Counted from the stretch's first letter, positions 9,373-22,216 are shown. The stretch: DNA of 64,000 nt from an uncultured Candidatus Rokubacteria bacterium (GCA_963789955.1 CAWBMV010000016.1:32001-96000), one strand, 5' to 3'. Notes: generated from the sequence alone by a model not told the origin. Made by a program: numbers and translations.

Positions 9373-9539
9373 CGAGCGAATCATACCAATTTCCTCGACC
9401 GTTTGATAGGCTCCCACCATGATTCACGACTCGCGCGCGCCCGATACGAGCCGCGACGACTCGTCATCTCCGGAAACTTCGCGGTCGGTCCTGCCCACGT
9501 GGTCGTCGAGCCGGCGCGGCGTCGAGCGCGGGCGGCCGC

Positions 9540-10553
9540 GTGAGCGACGATCGCCCTGACGTGAGGCGCGCCACAGCGCGGCGGCTCGCGGCGGCCGCCG
9601 TCGTGCTGCTGGCGGTCGCGGCGGTCGTCGGGACAACGCGGGCGCCGGCGGCGCAGCCGGACACGCGCATTCCGTGGATCGGCTACCTCGCCAACGAGCC
9701 GACCCCCGATTCCGCGCCGATCTTCCGCGACGCCCTTCGCGAGCGAGGCTGGGTGGAGGGCCAGTCGGTCAAGATCTGGTACCGCTACGCGCAGGGCAAG
9801 CCCGACTTCTACCCGCAGCACGCCGACGACTTGGTGCGCCTGAACGTCAATGCCATCGTCGCCGTCGGCCCGGAGGCGATCGAGGCGGCGAGGCGCGCGA
9901 CGAAGACGATCCCCGTCGTCATGGTCTCGCTCGACGATCCGGCGGAGCTGGTCCGCGAGAGCGGCGGCCCCGCCAGCAATCTCACGGGGATCACCACCTT
10001 CGCGCCCGAGGCGCCAGCGCGGCGCGTCGAGCTCTTGCGCCAGGTGGTGCCGCGGCTCGCCCGCGCGGCGCTGCTGTGGAGCGCGGACAGCACGAGCGCG
10101 ACCGCCGACCTGCAGGCGACCGAAGCCGCGGCGACCGCGCGCGGCGTGGAGCTGACCAAGGTCGAGATCACCGCCGAGACCGACGTGCGCGCGGCCTTGA
10201 CGAAGATCGAGAAGCTGCACACGCAGGGGTTGATCGTGCTCGCCGACGCGGTCACGCTCGCGCACCGCCAGCGGCTCGCCACCTTCGCGAGTCGTGCCAA
10301 GCTGCCGGCGGTGTTCCCGTCCCGCGACTTCGCCGACGCCGGCGGCCTGCTCGCCTATGGCGCGAACTGGACCGAAGTCTTCCGGCAGACCGCCGCGCTC
10401 GTCGATCAGATCCTGAGGGGCGTCAAGCCGGCGGACCTGGGCATACGGCGCGCGGCGCGGTTCGAGCTCGTGGTCAATCTGCGCGCCGCGCGCGCGATCC
10501 CGGTGGCGATCCCGTCGTCGTTGCTCCAGCGCGCGGACCGGGTCATCGAGTGA
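9540..10553 (+). CDS. Solo ABC transporter substrate-binding protein (ABC_sub_bind type)
   Basis: IGYLA..LRERGWVEGQ, ATKTIPVVM, NLTG, GGLLAYG, DQILRGVKPADL, FELVVNLRAA, SLLQRADRVIE. Confidence 0.9.
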   Translation: MSDDRPDVRRATARRLAAAAVVLLAVAAVVGTTRAPAAQPDTRIPWIGYLANEPTPDSAPIFRDALRERGWVEGQSVKIWYRYAQGKPDFYPQHADDLVRLNVNAIVAVGPEAIEAARRATKTIPVVMVSLDDPAELVRESGGPASNLTGITTFAPEAPARRVELLRQVVPRLARAALLWSADSTSATADLQATEAAATARGVELTKVEITAETDVRAALTKIEKLHTQGLIVLADAVTLAHRQRLATFASRAKLPAVFPSRDFADAGGLLAYGANWTEVFRQTAALVDQILRGVKPADLGIRRAARFELVVNLRAARAIPVAIPSSLLQRADRVIE

Positions 10554-10792
10554 TGCGACGCGCCGCGACCCTGGTCTGCGTGGCGGCCTTGCTCGCGGGG
10601 TGCGCGACGAAGCAGTGGATCTACGACAAGAAGGGTGCGACGCCGGCGAAGCTCGACCACGACATGGCGCTGTGCCGAAAGGAATCGGCCGATCCCCAGA
10701 TCGTCGTGCTCCCGGGCAGTCCGCGGTCGGACCGCGCGGTCTTCAACCGCTGCATGGAGCGTAAAGGCTACACGGTACGAACGGAGGGGTGA
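10553..10792 (+). CDS. Small lipoprotein
   Basis: Lipobox LLAGC, CMERKGY motif, TGATG coupling to the upstream gene. Confidence 0.7.
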   Translation: MRRAATLVCVAALLAGCATKQWIYDKKGATPAKLDHDMALCRKESADPQIVVLPGSPRSDRAVFNRCMERKGYTVRTEG

Positions 10793-10840
10793 TGGGAACC
10801 GGTACCCATGGTTCCGAGTTTCCGAGGCGGAGGTGCGCCG

Positions 10841-11223
10841 ATGCGTGGAGCTCGTCTCGCTCTCGCGGTAGCGATGGTGGCATTGCTCGCGTCCAGCAAT
10901 GCGGCAGCGGCAACCTACGCGCAGGAGAGCCTCGATCGATACTTCCGGTTCGAGTACGACGTGACGCCGAGCGCCACGCGACCGGTGGTCAGCGGGTACG
11001 TGTACAACATGAACCCGGGCGTCCCGGTCGAGCGCATGCAGGTCTCCGTCGACAGCCTGGACGGCTGCCGGCAACGTCGTCGGGACGACCTCGACCTGGG
11101 TGCTCGGCGGCGTCCCGCCCGGCAATCGCGCGCTATTTCAGTGTTCGCGCCGTGCCGGCCGCGTCGTATCGGGTCCAGGTGCTCTTCTTCGACTGGGGCA
11201 GCCGCGGCGGCTCGGGCACCTGA
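10841..11223 (+). CDS. Secreted FxLYD-like domain protein (frameshifted)
   Basis: Signal peptide, VSGYVYN, then across frames GNVVGTTSTWVLGGVPPGNRA and YRVQVLFFDW. Confidence 0.6.
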
Positions 11224-11264
11224 CAGGCGTGGACGGCGAGCGGCCGGCCAGGAGGGCGAGATCG

Positions 11265-11607
11265 GTGATCAAGAGCATCTCGCTGCTGACTCGCAAGACC
11301 GGAATGACCCACGCGCAGTTCGTCAGACACTGGGCCGACGTCCACGCGCCCCTGGCCCTGGCCGTCCCGGGCCTCCGCCGCTACGTGCAGTCGCACATCG
11401 TCGAGGAGCGCACGCGCCCGGACATCCCGACGACCGACGTCGAGATCGACGGTATCGCCGAGCTCTGGTACGACGACCGCGAGGTGATGGCGCGGGCGCA
11501 CGCCTCGCCGCAGGCCAAGGCGCTGTTCGACGACGGCGCGCTCTTCATCGGCCGGATCAAGACGTTCACCGTCGAGGAGCAAGCAGATCGTCCCGCCCTC
11601 CGCGTAG
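11265..11607 (+). CDS. EthD family protein (frameshift at about 11580)
   Basis: KSISLLTRKTGMTHAQFVRHWADVHAPL..PGLRRYVQSH..DGIAELWYDD. Confidence 0.85.
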
Positions 11608-11672
11608 GCGCTGCCGCACCCCGATTTGCGGTATGGTGGGACGTGCCTACACTTCCACGGAGGTCACACGTC

Positions 11673-12002
11673 ATGCGACGTATTGCTCTGATAGCTCTCG
11701 TTCTGGCGCTGGCGGGTCCGAGCGCGAGCTGGGCCAGCTCCGAGTCCACCGCCATTGAGGTCGGATCCTCGGCCGGAAGCGCCCTCGGAACGCTGGTCTA
11801 CGTACCGTTCAAGGTGACGTTCTGCATCCTCGGCGGCATCGGCAGCGGATTCACGGCGATCGCTTCGCCGCCGGCGGCCGGTCGGGTGGCGATGGCCACC
11901 TGCGGCGGCTCGTGGATCGTCACGCCCGGTGTCGTCCGCGGGCATGAGACCTTGAAGTTCGTCGGGGACACATCGGCCAACCGGAGCACCGCCTCGCGTT
12001 AG
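11673..12002 (+). CDS. Hypothetical exported/membrane protein
   Basis: GGAGG RBS, signal peptide, YVPFKVTFC..CGGSWIVTP. Confidence 0.65.
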   Translation: MRRIALIALVLALAGPSASWASSESTAIEVGSSAGSALGTLVYVPFKVTFCILGGIGSGFTAIASPPAAGRVAMATCGGSWIVTPGVVRGHETLKFVGDTSANRSTASR

Positions 12003-12031
12003 AGGTCGCGCCCTCGCGCGGCGAGACGGTC

Positions 12032-12452
12032 GTGCACGCTCTGTCTCGGCGGTATCGCGCGCTGGGACTCGGTCTCGCGGTCTGCGCGCTGGCGGCTGAC
12101 GGGTTGCGCGTCGTCGAAATCGGCGCGCCCGGCGACCGCGCCGCCGGCACCCGGCACGCGCATCGTCGGATTCGCCTCCTGGTACGGGTCGCGCCATCAG
12201 GGCCACGCGACGGCGTCAGGCGAGGCCTTCGATATGAACAAGCTCACCGCCGCCCACCGCACGATGCCCTTCGGAACGCGCCTGCGCGTGACGAATGTCG
12301 AGAACGGACGAAGCGTCGTGGTGCGTGTGAACGACCGGGGCCCCTGGGTGAACGATCGCGTCCTCGACGTCAGCCTGGCCGCAGCGAAAGCCCTCGGCAT
12401 GGTCGGCGACGGCGTGACCAAAGTCGAGGTCGTCGTCCTCGGCGCGCAGTGA
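12032..12452 (+). CDS. rlpA: RlpA-family (DPBB) lipoprotein (frameshifted N-terminus)
   Basis: GFASWYG, TASGEAFDMNKLTAAHRTMPFGTRLRVTN, VRVNDRGP, LDVSLAAA. Confidence 0.85.
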
Positions 12453-12454
12453 CC

Positions 12455-13762
12455 TCAGACCGCGGGCATGCCTCCGAGCACATCGCGGCTGAGTCCCGGA
12501 TGCGCGACGCCGGCGCGGCGCAGCTCGCGCGTCGCCTCGATCCAGTCGGCGTCGCGCGGAATCACCGCGCCGCCCGACCGCACGGCATAGACGCTCGGAT
12601 CGTCGACGCCGGGCGGGACCTTGCCGCTGTCGCGTAGCGCCTTCGCCGCGTCGATCAGCCGCTTGCGCGTCCGGATCACCATCGCGTCGCTGCTGCCCAG
12701 GCGCTCGTTCGTCCGGTCGTAGATCGGGCCCATGCTCTCGGTGACGGCCTGGTCCTGGAGGAAGATGGCGTCGATACCCGTGTAGCTGATCGTCTTCTGC
12801 GCCTGCCGGTCGATCTGGTAGTCGTTGGCGGCGTTGGCCACACATCGAAAGCGCGCGTACCAGTCGGTCGTGTTGGGGAGCGTTCGCGGCGGATTCACGA
12901 CCTGGCGACCGGCCTTTCGGGTGCCCTGCGCACCGCGCGAGACCGTGATGGCCAAGGTGTGCTCGTCGTCCATCGGCACCCACGCGCGCACGCGAATCTC
13001 GAGCCCGAGCACGCCCGTCGGCACCATCGCGTAGAACGGGAACAGGAAGTTGGCGATGCGCCAGTAGTTCGTGTCGGCCTCGGCCGGCCGGTACGCGCCG
13101 TACATGACGCCGAAGTCCATGTCGCGCACCTGGTACCGAGGCGCCCGATCGGCCAGCGCGTGGCGGGCCCAGGTGCCGGCCGGCACTTCGTCGGCGCTCA
13201 CCTTGCCGAGATGCAGGAACACGGTGTGGCAGGTGTCGATGTCGCCCTCGAGCGCCTGCATCCAGTTGCACTCGCGCTGGTAGATCTGGATGCTGCTGTC
13301 CGCCAGCAACGTGGGCTCGAGATCGGGCAACGGCGGCGGCGTCTCCCGCGGGCCGAGATAGGCCCAGATGAGGCCGGCCCGCTCCACGCAGGGATAGGCG
13401 ACGGCTCTCGCCTTCTGCTTGAAGCTGCTCTCTTCGGGCTCGTTGGGCATGTCGACGCACCGGCCGCCGACGTCGAACTTCCAGCCGTGGTACACGCAGC
13501 GCAGGCCTTCGCCTTCGTTGCGGCCGTAGAACAGGCTTGCGCCACGGTGCGGACAGCTGTTCCGGACGAGCCCGACGGCGCCGGATGACGTCCGAAACGC
13601 GATCAGATCTTCGCCGAGCAACCGCACGCGCAGCGGCGCGCCATCACGATCCGGGAGCTCGCTCGACAGGGCGGCCGGCATCCAGTACTGGCGCATCAGC
13701 TCGCCCATCGGAGTTCCGCGACCGACCCGACACAGAAGCTCGTTGTCTTCGCGACTCAGCAT
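12455..13762 (-). CDS. Rieske non-heme iron oxygenase alpha subunit (phthalate dioxygenase/LigX-like)
   Basis: CPHRGA...CVYHGW Rieske ligands, EGDIDTCHTVFLH, QDQAVTES. Confidence 0.92.
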   Translation of the reverse strand: MLSREDNELLCRVGRGTPMGELMRQYWMPAALSSELPDRDGAPLRVRLLGEDLIAFRTSSGAVGLVRNSCPHRGASLFYGRNEGEGLRCVYHGWKFDVGGRCVDMPNEPEESSFKQKARAVAYPCVERAGLIWAYLGPRETPPPLPDLEPTLLADSSIQIYQRECNWMQALEGDIDTCHTVFLHLGKVSADEVPAGTWARHALADRAPRYQVRDMDFGVMYGAYRPAEADTNYWRIANFLFPFYAMVPTGVLGLEIRVRAWVPMDDEHTLAITVSRGAQGTRKAGRQVVNPPRTLPNTTDWYARFRCVANAANDYQIDRQAQKTISYTGIDAIFLQDQAVTESMGPIYDRTNERLGSSDAMVIRTRKRLIDAAKALRDSGKVPPGVDDPSVYAVRSGGAVIPRDADWIEATRELRRAGVAHPGLSRDVLGGMPAV

Positions 13763-13914
13763 GTCGTGTTCCTCTCACCCGAAAGTCACAGCGCGACCCG
13801 CGCGCGTCGTCGTTTCGCGTAGACGTTAGCACATAATCCGGCGCAGCCACGGCGCCGCGGGACGGCCAAAGACGGCGTCGGAGGAGACCATCACCATGAT
13901 GGCTCGACCGCGAA

Positions 13915-14103
13915 CTTCGCGGCGGCGCCGCTCGCGAACCGCCACGGCTATCCGGTGCTGGCGCCTACGGCGCTCTCGATGAAGCTCGTGGACATGAAGC
14001 TCCCCTACTTCTTCTCGATGCTGCCCCAGCCGTACGTGCTGATGGCGGCGGCCGCCGACATGCTGGCCGCCAACGGCATCAAGACCGTGGCGGTCATCTA
14101 CAC
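13915..14103 (+). pseudogene. Fragment of a branched-chain-amino-acid-type ABC substrate-binding protein
   Basis: NFAAAPLANRHGYPVLAPTALSMKLVDMKLPYFF..GIKTVAVIY, abruptly joined to an ATPase sequence. Confidence 0.5.
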
Positions 14104-14892
14104 CTCGATGGCCTCGATCTGGATCTGGCCGCGGGGCGGATCACGGCGATCGTCGGCTCGAACGGCGCCGGGAAGAGCACCTTGCTGAAGGCGCTGGCGG
14201 GTCTGCTGCCTCGCGACGGCCACGCCGCGCTCGACGGCTACGTGCTGCCGCCGGGCTCGGCCACCGCGGCCGTGCGCGCCGGACTGATCCTGGTCGCCGA
14301 AGGGCGCCACCTGTTCCCGCGAATGACGGTGCTGGAAAATCTCCAGCTCGGCGGCTGGCTGCTCGCGAAGCGCGAGCGTGACGTCCGTCTCGAGCGAGCG
14401 CTCGCGCTGTTCCCGCGCCTCGGCGAGCGCCGTCACCAGCTCGCGGGCTCGATGAGCGGCGGCGAGCAGCAGATGGTGGCGCTCGCGCGCGCGCTCGTCG
14501 GACGGCCGCGCCTGCTGATGCTGGACGAGCCATCGCTCGGCCTGGCGCCGCGGCTCGTCGACGAAGTGATGGCCCTCGTGAGGCGCATCCGCGACGAGGA
14601 CGTGACCGTCTTGCTCATCGAGCAGAACGTCGCCAAGGCGCTGGCGATCGCCGACGACGCGCACGTGCTCGAGCGCGGCCGCCTGGTGGCCAGCGGGCCG
14701 GCGGCGGAGCTGTTGAGATCAAGCCTTGTACGCACCGCCTACCTCGGCCGGCCAGGCCGCGTTCTGGCGGCGCAGGATCGTTCACTCGCGGCGGCAAGCA
14801 CCGGCTGGCGTCGACGCGGGCTCTCTAGTACAGTCTGCGCGCTGAGCGTCGCTCAATCCCGCGGGAGTCTCGGAGGCCAGCATGGCGAGTGA
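14104..14892 (+). pseudogene. LivF-like ABC ATPase lacking its start
   Basis: IVGSNGAGKSTLL (Walker A, upstream of the called start), AEGRHLFPRMTVLENL, MSGGEQQM, LMLDEPSLGLAP. Confidence 0.7.
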
Positions 14893-15718
14893 TGTGGTCC
14901 GCGTCGGCGATGTCGAGATCATGATGCTGTCGGACGGGATGCTCGAGTTCGACCTGTGCAACTTCTTCCCGACGATCGCGGAAGACAACTGGAGTCCGTA
15001 TGAGGCGCACCTGCACGAGCACAAGGTGCGTTTCAATCTTGGCTCGTACCTGATCCGCGCGGGCGGGCGAACGGTCCTCATCGACACCGGCCTCGGCCCC
15101 AAGCCCGCCGAGACCCCGGACGCCCCGTGGGGCCAGCTCATGAACGACTTCAAGGCCAAGGCCGTGCGCCCGGAAGAGATCGACATGGTCGTGATGACGC
15201 ATCTGCATCGCGACCACGTGGGCTGGAATCTCAAGACCGAGGGCGGGAAATACGTGCCGACGTTTCCGCGGGCGCGCTACTGGATGCCGAAGCTCGATTG
15301 GGATTCATGCCACGATCCGGCACTGCAGCCGACCCGGTGGGTCAACGCGCCGCAGTGCGTGTGGCCGCTGGCCGACCTCGGCCTCTGCGAGTTCATGCAG
15401 GGCGAGCAGAGCCTGACGCGCGAGCTCACCGCGGTGCCGACACCCGGCCACACGCCGGGGCACATGAGCATTCTCATCACCTCGAAGGGCGAGCGGGCGC
15501 TCGTGCTCGGCGATGCCGCCCACAGCCCGGTGCAGGTGCTCGAGCCGGACTGGGTCTCGCGCGCCGACATGGATCCCGATCTGACCCGGCAAACGCGCAA
15601 AGCATTGATCGATCGCCTCGAGCGCGAGCAGATTCTCATCGCGGCGGGGCACTTCGAGGCTCCGGGCTACGGCAGGATCGTGCGCCTGGACGGGCGCCGC
15701 TACTGGAAGGGACTCTGA
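14882..15718 (+). CDS. MBL-fold metallo-hydrolase
   Basis: THLHRDHVGW, PGHTPGH, GDAAH, GHF. Confidence 0.92.
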   Translation: MASDVVRVGDVEIMMLSDGMLEFDLCNFFPTIAEDNWSPYEAHLHEHKVRFNLGSYLIRAGGRTVLIDTGLGPKPAETPDAPWGQLMNDFKAKAVRPEEIDMVVMTHLHRDHVGWNLKTEGGKYVPTFPRARYWMPKLDWDSCHDPALQPTRWVNAPQCVWPLADLGLCEFMQGEQSLTRELTAVPTPGHTPGHMSILITSKGERALVLGDAAHSPVQVLEPDWVSRADMDPDLTRQTRKALIDRLEREQILIAAGHFEAPGYGRIVRLDGRRYWKGL

Positions 15719-15728
15719 GCCGCTCGGG

Positions 15729-17360
<1,632 letters not shown>

Positions 17361-17364
<4 letters not shown>

Positions 17365-17667
17365 GAGTGCTCGACGAGGTCGAGCCCCTCCAGAACCCGC
17401 GCGGTGTTCGACATGTCGCCGATGACACGGCGGGCCGGGAAGCGGGAGCTCCTTCACGCACGTCGGCGCCGCGATGATCTGCTCGGCGGACGCGCGCGCC
17501 GGTTGCTCGTAGAGGTTGACCACCTCGAGCTCGTACGCGCCGGCGAAATGCTCTTCGCAGATCGCCCGGATGTTCTCGACGGCCCGCGTCGAGCGCGCGG
17601 TCATGCCGGCGACGAACAGTCGCAGCACGTACGCTCGCTGCGAACCCTGCGGGCCGTGGGATTCCAA
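17361..17667 (-). CDS. kaiB: KaiB family protein (second copy; frameshift near 17440)
   Basis: YVLRLFVAGMTARSTRAVENIRAICEE..IIAAPT..RRVIGDMSNTARVLEGL. Confidence 0.85.
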
Positions 17668-17670
17668 CGC

Positions 17671-18002
17671 TCAGCGCGCCGGTCGGACATCCAGCCCGAC
17701 GAGGACACGGTCGGTATTCGAGAGATCTCCGATGATCTTGCGCACCGGCTCGGGCAGAAGCCGGACGAGCGTCGGCACCGCGAGGATCTGATCTCCCGCC
17801 GCCAGCTGCGGGTTCTGAATCAGGTCGATGACCTCGATCCGGTATCGGCCCTTGAGGTGCTCCTCGCAGATCCGCTTGAGATTGGCGAACGCCTTGACCG
17901 AGCGAGGCGTCTGCCCGGCGATGTACAGCCGCAAGATCTGCTCGATCGGACGGGCGCAGACGTCGGCGACGGTCCGCTCGGACGAATTTCCGTCATCTCC
18001 AT
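17671..18002 (-). CDS. kaiB: KaiB family protein (N-terminal frameshift)
   Basis: [51 protein letters not shown]. Confidence 0.92.
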
Positions 18003-18031
18003 GACTTCACCGTATACTTACCGGTCCTCAG

Positions 18032-19778
18032 CTACGCCATCGTCGTCACGTTCGCGCCGCGTTCCCACACCGCGTTCGTCACTTTGGATCCGTTGTCGCT
18101 CATGTCGGCCGCCGGCTCTCGGCAATGTCCTGACGCTCGTCGCTCAAGCGCGTCGACCCGTGTTCATCTGCTCATCGATCCCGGTGGCCAGATCGGCCTG
18201 CTCCGCCTCGAACTTGGCCCGCATGGATGCCAGCTCCGCCTCGAACGCGGCTCGCAGCCGGGCGAGCGTCCGCTCTTTGCGCTCGATCTCCTGCTGCTGC
18301 GCGAGCTCGGCCGCTCGCTCCTGGGCTTCCTGACGTCAAGCGCGCGGAGCCCGTGAGCACGCCGCCGGCGCCGGCGTAGACGTCGACGAGCTCGATACCA
18401 TGGTCGGTCAGGAGAAACTCGCGGATCTGATTGGAGTGACCCATCCCGCGCGACTTGAGCACGTAGAGGCCGCGATTTCTCTCGCCGCTCGACTCGAGCG
18501 TGACCAGCAGGAGCCAGGTGTCGACGATCGACGAGATCTCCGCGTCCGTCTGCTCGAGCTCGGTCTTCCCGTGGGAGAGGCTGGTCATGAGCGCGGTGAT
18601 GCCCTGCGTCTTGAGGTGGTCCACGAGCCGGGTCAAGCGTCGACCGGACGTCTGCCGTCGCCGCCACCGACAGCAAGCTGCTCACCGGGTCGAGGATCAC
18701 CACATCCGGATGGAATCGCTCGATCGCCCGGTACATCTGCGACAGGTGCATCTCGAGCCCGTGCAGCGCGGGACGAGACGCGTGGTACTCCAGAAGACCA
18801 CGGTCGATCCACGGCTGCAGGTCGAGGCCGATCGACCGCATGTTACGGACCACCTGCTGCGGCGATTCCTCGAACAAGAACACCAGGCAGCGTTCTCCGC
18901 GCCGGCAGGCCGCGTCGACGAAGTGGGCGCCCAGGCTGCTCTTGCCGGCGCCGGCGGTGCCGGACACGAGGATCGTGCTGCCCCGGAAGTAGCCTCGGCC
19001 TCCGAGCATCGTGTCGAGCCGGGCGACACCGCTCGAGACGCGCTCGGACGACGCGGCATGACTGAGACCCATCGAGGTGATCGGCAGCACCGCCATCCCG
19101 TCCTCGTCGATGAGGAACGGGTACTCGTTGGTCCCGTGGGACGAGCCGCGGTACTTCACGATGCGAAGGCGCCGCGTGGAGACCTGCTCGGTCACCCGGT
19201 GGTCGAGCAGGATCACCGCGTCCGACACGTATTCTTCGAGGCCCTGTCGCGTGAGGGCGCCGTCGCCTCGCTCGCCGGTGATCACCGCCGTCACGCCCTT
19301 GTCCTTGAGCCAGCGGAACAGGCGGCGCAGCTCGGCCCGTAGAATCGACTCGTTGGCGAGGCCCGAGAAGAGCGATTCGACCGTGTCGAGCACGACGCGG
19401 CGGGCTCCGATGGAGTCGATGGCGAAGCCGAGCCGGACGAAGAGTCCCTCGAGATCGTAGTCACCGGTCTCCTCGATCTCGCTGCGCTCGACCCTGACGT
19501 GGTCGAGCACGATCTTCTTCTTCTCGATCAGCGCCGGAAGGTCGTAGCCGAGCGAGGCGACGTTCTTGGCGAGCTCGTCGTTGCTCTCCTCGAAGCTCAT
19601 GAACACGCCGGGCTCGTCGAACCTGGTCGCGCCGTTGACGAGGAAGCTCATGGCGAAGAGGGTTTTGCCGCAGCCGGCCGAGCCGCAGATCAGGGTGGGC
19701 CGGCCGGTCGGCAGGCCTCCTCCCGTGATCTGATCGAAGCCTTCGATACCGGTGGGCGATTTGGGTAGACGCGGTCAC
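18032..19778 (-). CDS. kaiC: Double-domain KaiC (several frameshifts; ends approximate)
   Basis: PTGIEGFDQITGGGLP, GSAGCGKT, FEES, KYRGSSHG, second P-loop GTAGAGKS, ISSIVDTW, KSRGMGHSNQIREF, VLTGSAR, coiled-coil tail. Confidence 0.92.
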
Positions 19779-19830
19779 GATGCGCAAATCATGCCCAGAG
19801 GACTCTGTCAGACGCCATCAGGTGTTCACC

Positions 19831-21063
19831 TCATGAGCGGGCCTCCGCGATGACCTTCTGCGCCATCGGGGTGCCCTGCAGGTGGAAGAACGCGAGCATG
19901 TTGCCCGCCGCGATCTTGAACGCTTCGCCGGCCGGCACACCCGCGAACAGCCGCTCGGCGAACGGCCGCGTGTTCGGCCAGTCGCATTCGATGTGCGGGA
20001 AGTCCGTGGCGAACATGATGCGGTCCACGCCCATGTGGTGACGCAGCTCGACGGCCACCCGCTCCACGTGCTGGACGCTGAAGAAGATGTGCTCGCGAAC
20101 GTAGTCGCTCGGCCGCTGCTTGAGCGGCTTGAAGTTCAGCAGGCGCGCGGCCCAGTGGCGGTGCCGCTCGTACCAGTAGTCGGCTTCCTCCATCCAGAAC
20201 GGCACCCAGCCCAGGCGTGTCTCGGCGAAGAAGATCTTGAGGTCGGGGAGGCGATCGAACACACCGGACAGGATGAGCTGGGCGAAGCTCATCGACGGCG
20301 CGATCCCGAGGAACGGCAGCGCCACCCACTCGACGAGCTTTCGCGGCCCGAGCTTGGCCAGCATCGCGGGATCGGCGCCGGGATACTCGAAGGTGGGCTG
20401 AGACGCGCGCGGTCCGAGACGGTCGAAGCCGACGTGGACCGTGAGCGGCATCTTCATGTCGATCGCCGCGGCCCAGAAGCGATCGTCCGCGGGAGTCGGA
20501 TACGCCTTGCCGCTCGGGAACACGCCGAGGTTGACGCCTTTGAGGCCGAGCTTCGCGCAGTGCTCGAGCTCGGCGATGGCGTCGTCGACGTTGGTCCACG
20601 GGATCACGCCGAGCCCGATGAGGCGATCGCGCGACACCGCGCAGTACTCCTCGCCGAGCCAGTCGTTGTACGCGCGCACCGTCGCGCGATAGACGTCGTC
20701 GTCCGTCAGCGTGCGCCAGAGCCGCGGGCCCACCTGCATGTTGGGGAAGAGCACCTCGGCGTGCAGCGCGTCCATGTCCTGCTCGCGCAGGCGCTGCTCG
20801 GGCGGGCCGACGCCGGCCGTGTCGTCGACGGTCACGCCGATCGGCTCCCAGGTCTCGTTGGTCCGCCCGGCCCTGAGATCGAGGAACGGCGCGGGATAGG
20901 GCGGCTGGCCCTCGACGAGGATCGCGTCGCCGCCGTCGGGGAGCTTGATCGTCCGCGGCGCCTTCTCACGAAGCTTCGCGGGCATGTGCGGCGTCCACCG
21001 CTCCGGGCGGACTTCCAGGTGACCGTCGCTCGAGATCAGGGGCGGAAGACCGGAGGTGGTCAT
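19831..21063 (-). CDS. Amidohydrolase_2 family protein
   Basis: ISSDGH, MPLTVH, FAETRLGWVP, FATDFPHIE. Confidence 0.88.
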   Translation of the reverse strand: MTTSGLPPLISSDGHLEVRPERWTPHMPAKLREKAPRTIKLPDGGDAILVEGQPPYPAPFLDLRAGRTNETWEPIGVTVDDTAGVGPPEQRLREQDMDALHAEVLFPNMQVGPRLWRTLTDDDVYRATVRAYNDWLGEEYCAVSRDRLIGLGVIPWTNVDDAIAELEHCAKLGLKGVNLGVFPSGKAYPTPADDRFWAAAIDMKMPLTVHVGFDRLGPRASQPTFEYPGADPAMLAKLGPRKLVEWVALPFLGIAPSMSFAQLILSGVFDRLPDLKIFFAETRLGWVPFWMEEADYWYERHRHWAARLLNFKPLKQRPSDYVREHIFFSVQHVERVAVELRHHMGVDRIMFATDFPHIECDWPNTRPFAERLFAGVPAGEAFKIAAGNMLAFFHLQGTPMAQKVIAEARS

Positions 21064-21131
21064 GGCGGCTCTCCTTTTCTCCGGGCGCGATGGTACCATC
21101 GGCCGCGGATACGATGTGAAGGGAGGCCGCT

Positions 21132-22197
21132 ATGGGCGCGATCCTGGGTCTCGGCGTCACCCACTACCCGCCACTCGCGCGGACAGGACGAGCACATGGC
21201 ACGCATCCTCAAGCGCGTCATGCAGGATCCCGATCTTCCCGAGCGCTACCGCCGCCCGAAGGCTGGCCGGAGCCGATGCGACAGCGAGTACGGCGCCGAT
21301 CAGGGGCTGAGCGCGGCGCAAGCGCCACCGCGAGGCGCTCGTCGCCGGATTCCGCGACGCGCGACGGCGGCTCGACGAGTTCGCGCCGGACGTCGTCCTG
21401 GTCTGGGGCGACGACCAGTACGAGAACTTCAAGGAAGACATCATCCCGCCCTTCTGCGTGCTGGCCTACGAGTCGATCGAGCACCGGCCGTGGGCGGAGG
21501 CACGCTGGCAGAAGGCGAAGAACGCGTGGGACGAGTCGAGCGACGCGACGTTCGTCTACAAGGGGCATCGCGCCGCCGCCAAATCGCTCGTGACGGGGCT
21601 GCTCGACGCGGGTCTCGACGTGTCCTACGCGTACCGGCCGCTCCATCATCCGCTCGGCCACGCCTTCATGAACACGCTGCTGTATCTCGACTACGACCGG
21701 CAGGGCTTCCCCTACCCGGTCGTGCCGTTCTCGATCAACTGCTACGGCCGCAAGGTCATCTCGCAGCAGGGCGGCGTGTCGAGCTTCGCCGATCTGCCGA
21801 CCGAGGCGCAGCTCGACCCGCCGTCGCCGGCGCCCTGGCGCTGCTTCGATCTCGGTCGCGCCACCGCGCGCGTGATGGCCGCAGAGCCCGTGGCGCGTGG
21901 CGCTGGTCGCGTCGTCGAGCTGGTCGCACGCGTTCCTGACGCCGAAGAACCACCTGCTCGTATCCGGACGTCGACGGCCGATCGCGCGCTCTACGAGACG
22001 CTGCGGTCCGGCGACTACGAGGCCTGGCGCAAGACGCCGCTGGCGAGCATCGAGGAGAGCGGCCAGCAGGAGATGCTGAACTGGATGTGCCTGGCCGGCG
22101 CGATGGCGGAGCTCGACCGGCGGCCCGACGCTCGACCAAGTTCATCGAGACCTACATCTTCAACTCGAGCAAGTGCTTCGCGTCGTTCCCGGCCTGA
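21132..22197 (+). CDS. LigB-type extradiol ring-cleavage dioxygenase-like protein (frameshifted)
   Basis: LGVTHYP, VWGDDQYENF, LGHAF, ASSSWSHAFL, SGQQEMLNW. Confidence 0.8.
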
Positions 22198-22216
22198 CGG
22201 CCGGGAACGCGCGCGA

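Noticed and set aside
11100..12002. 300-aa EthD fusion
   Set aside because: An extra base at about 11580 hides the EthD stop (11605-11607). The downstream gene has its own RBS and signal peptide.
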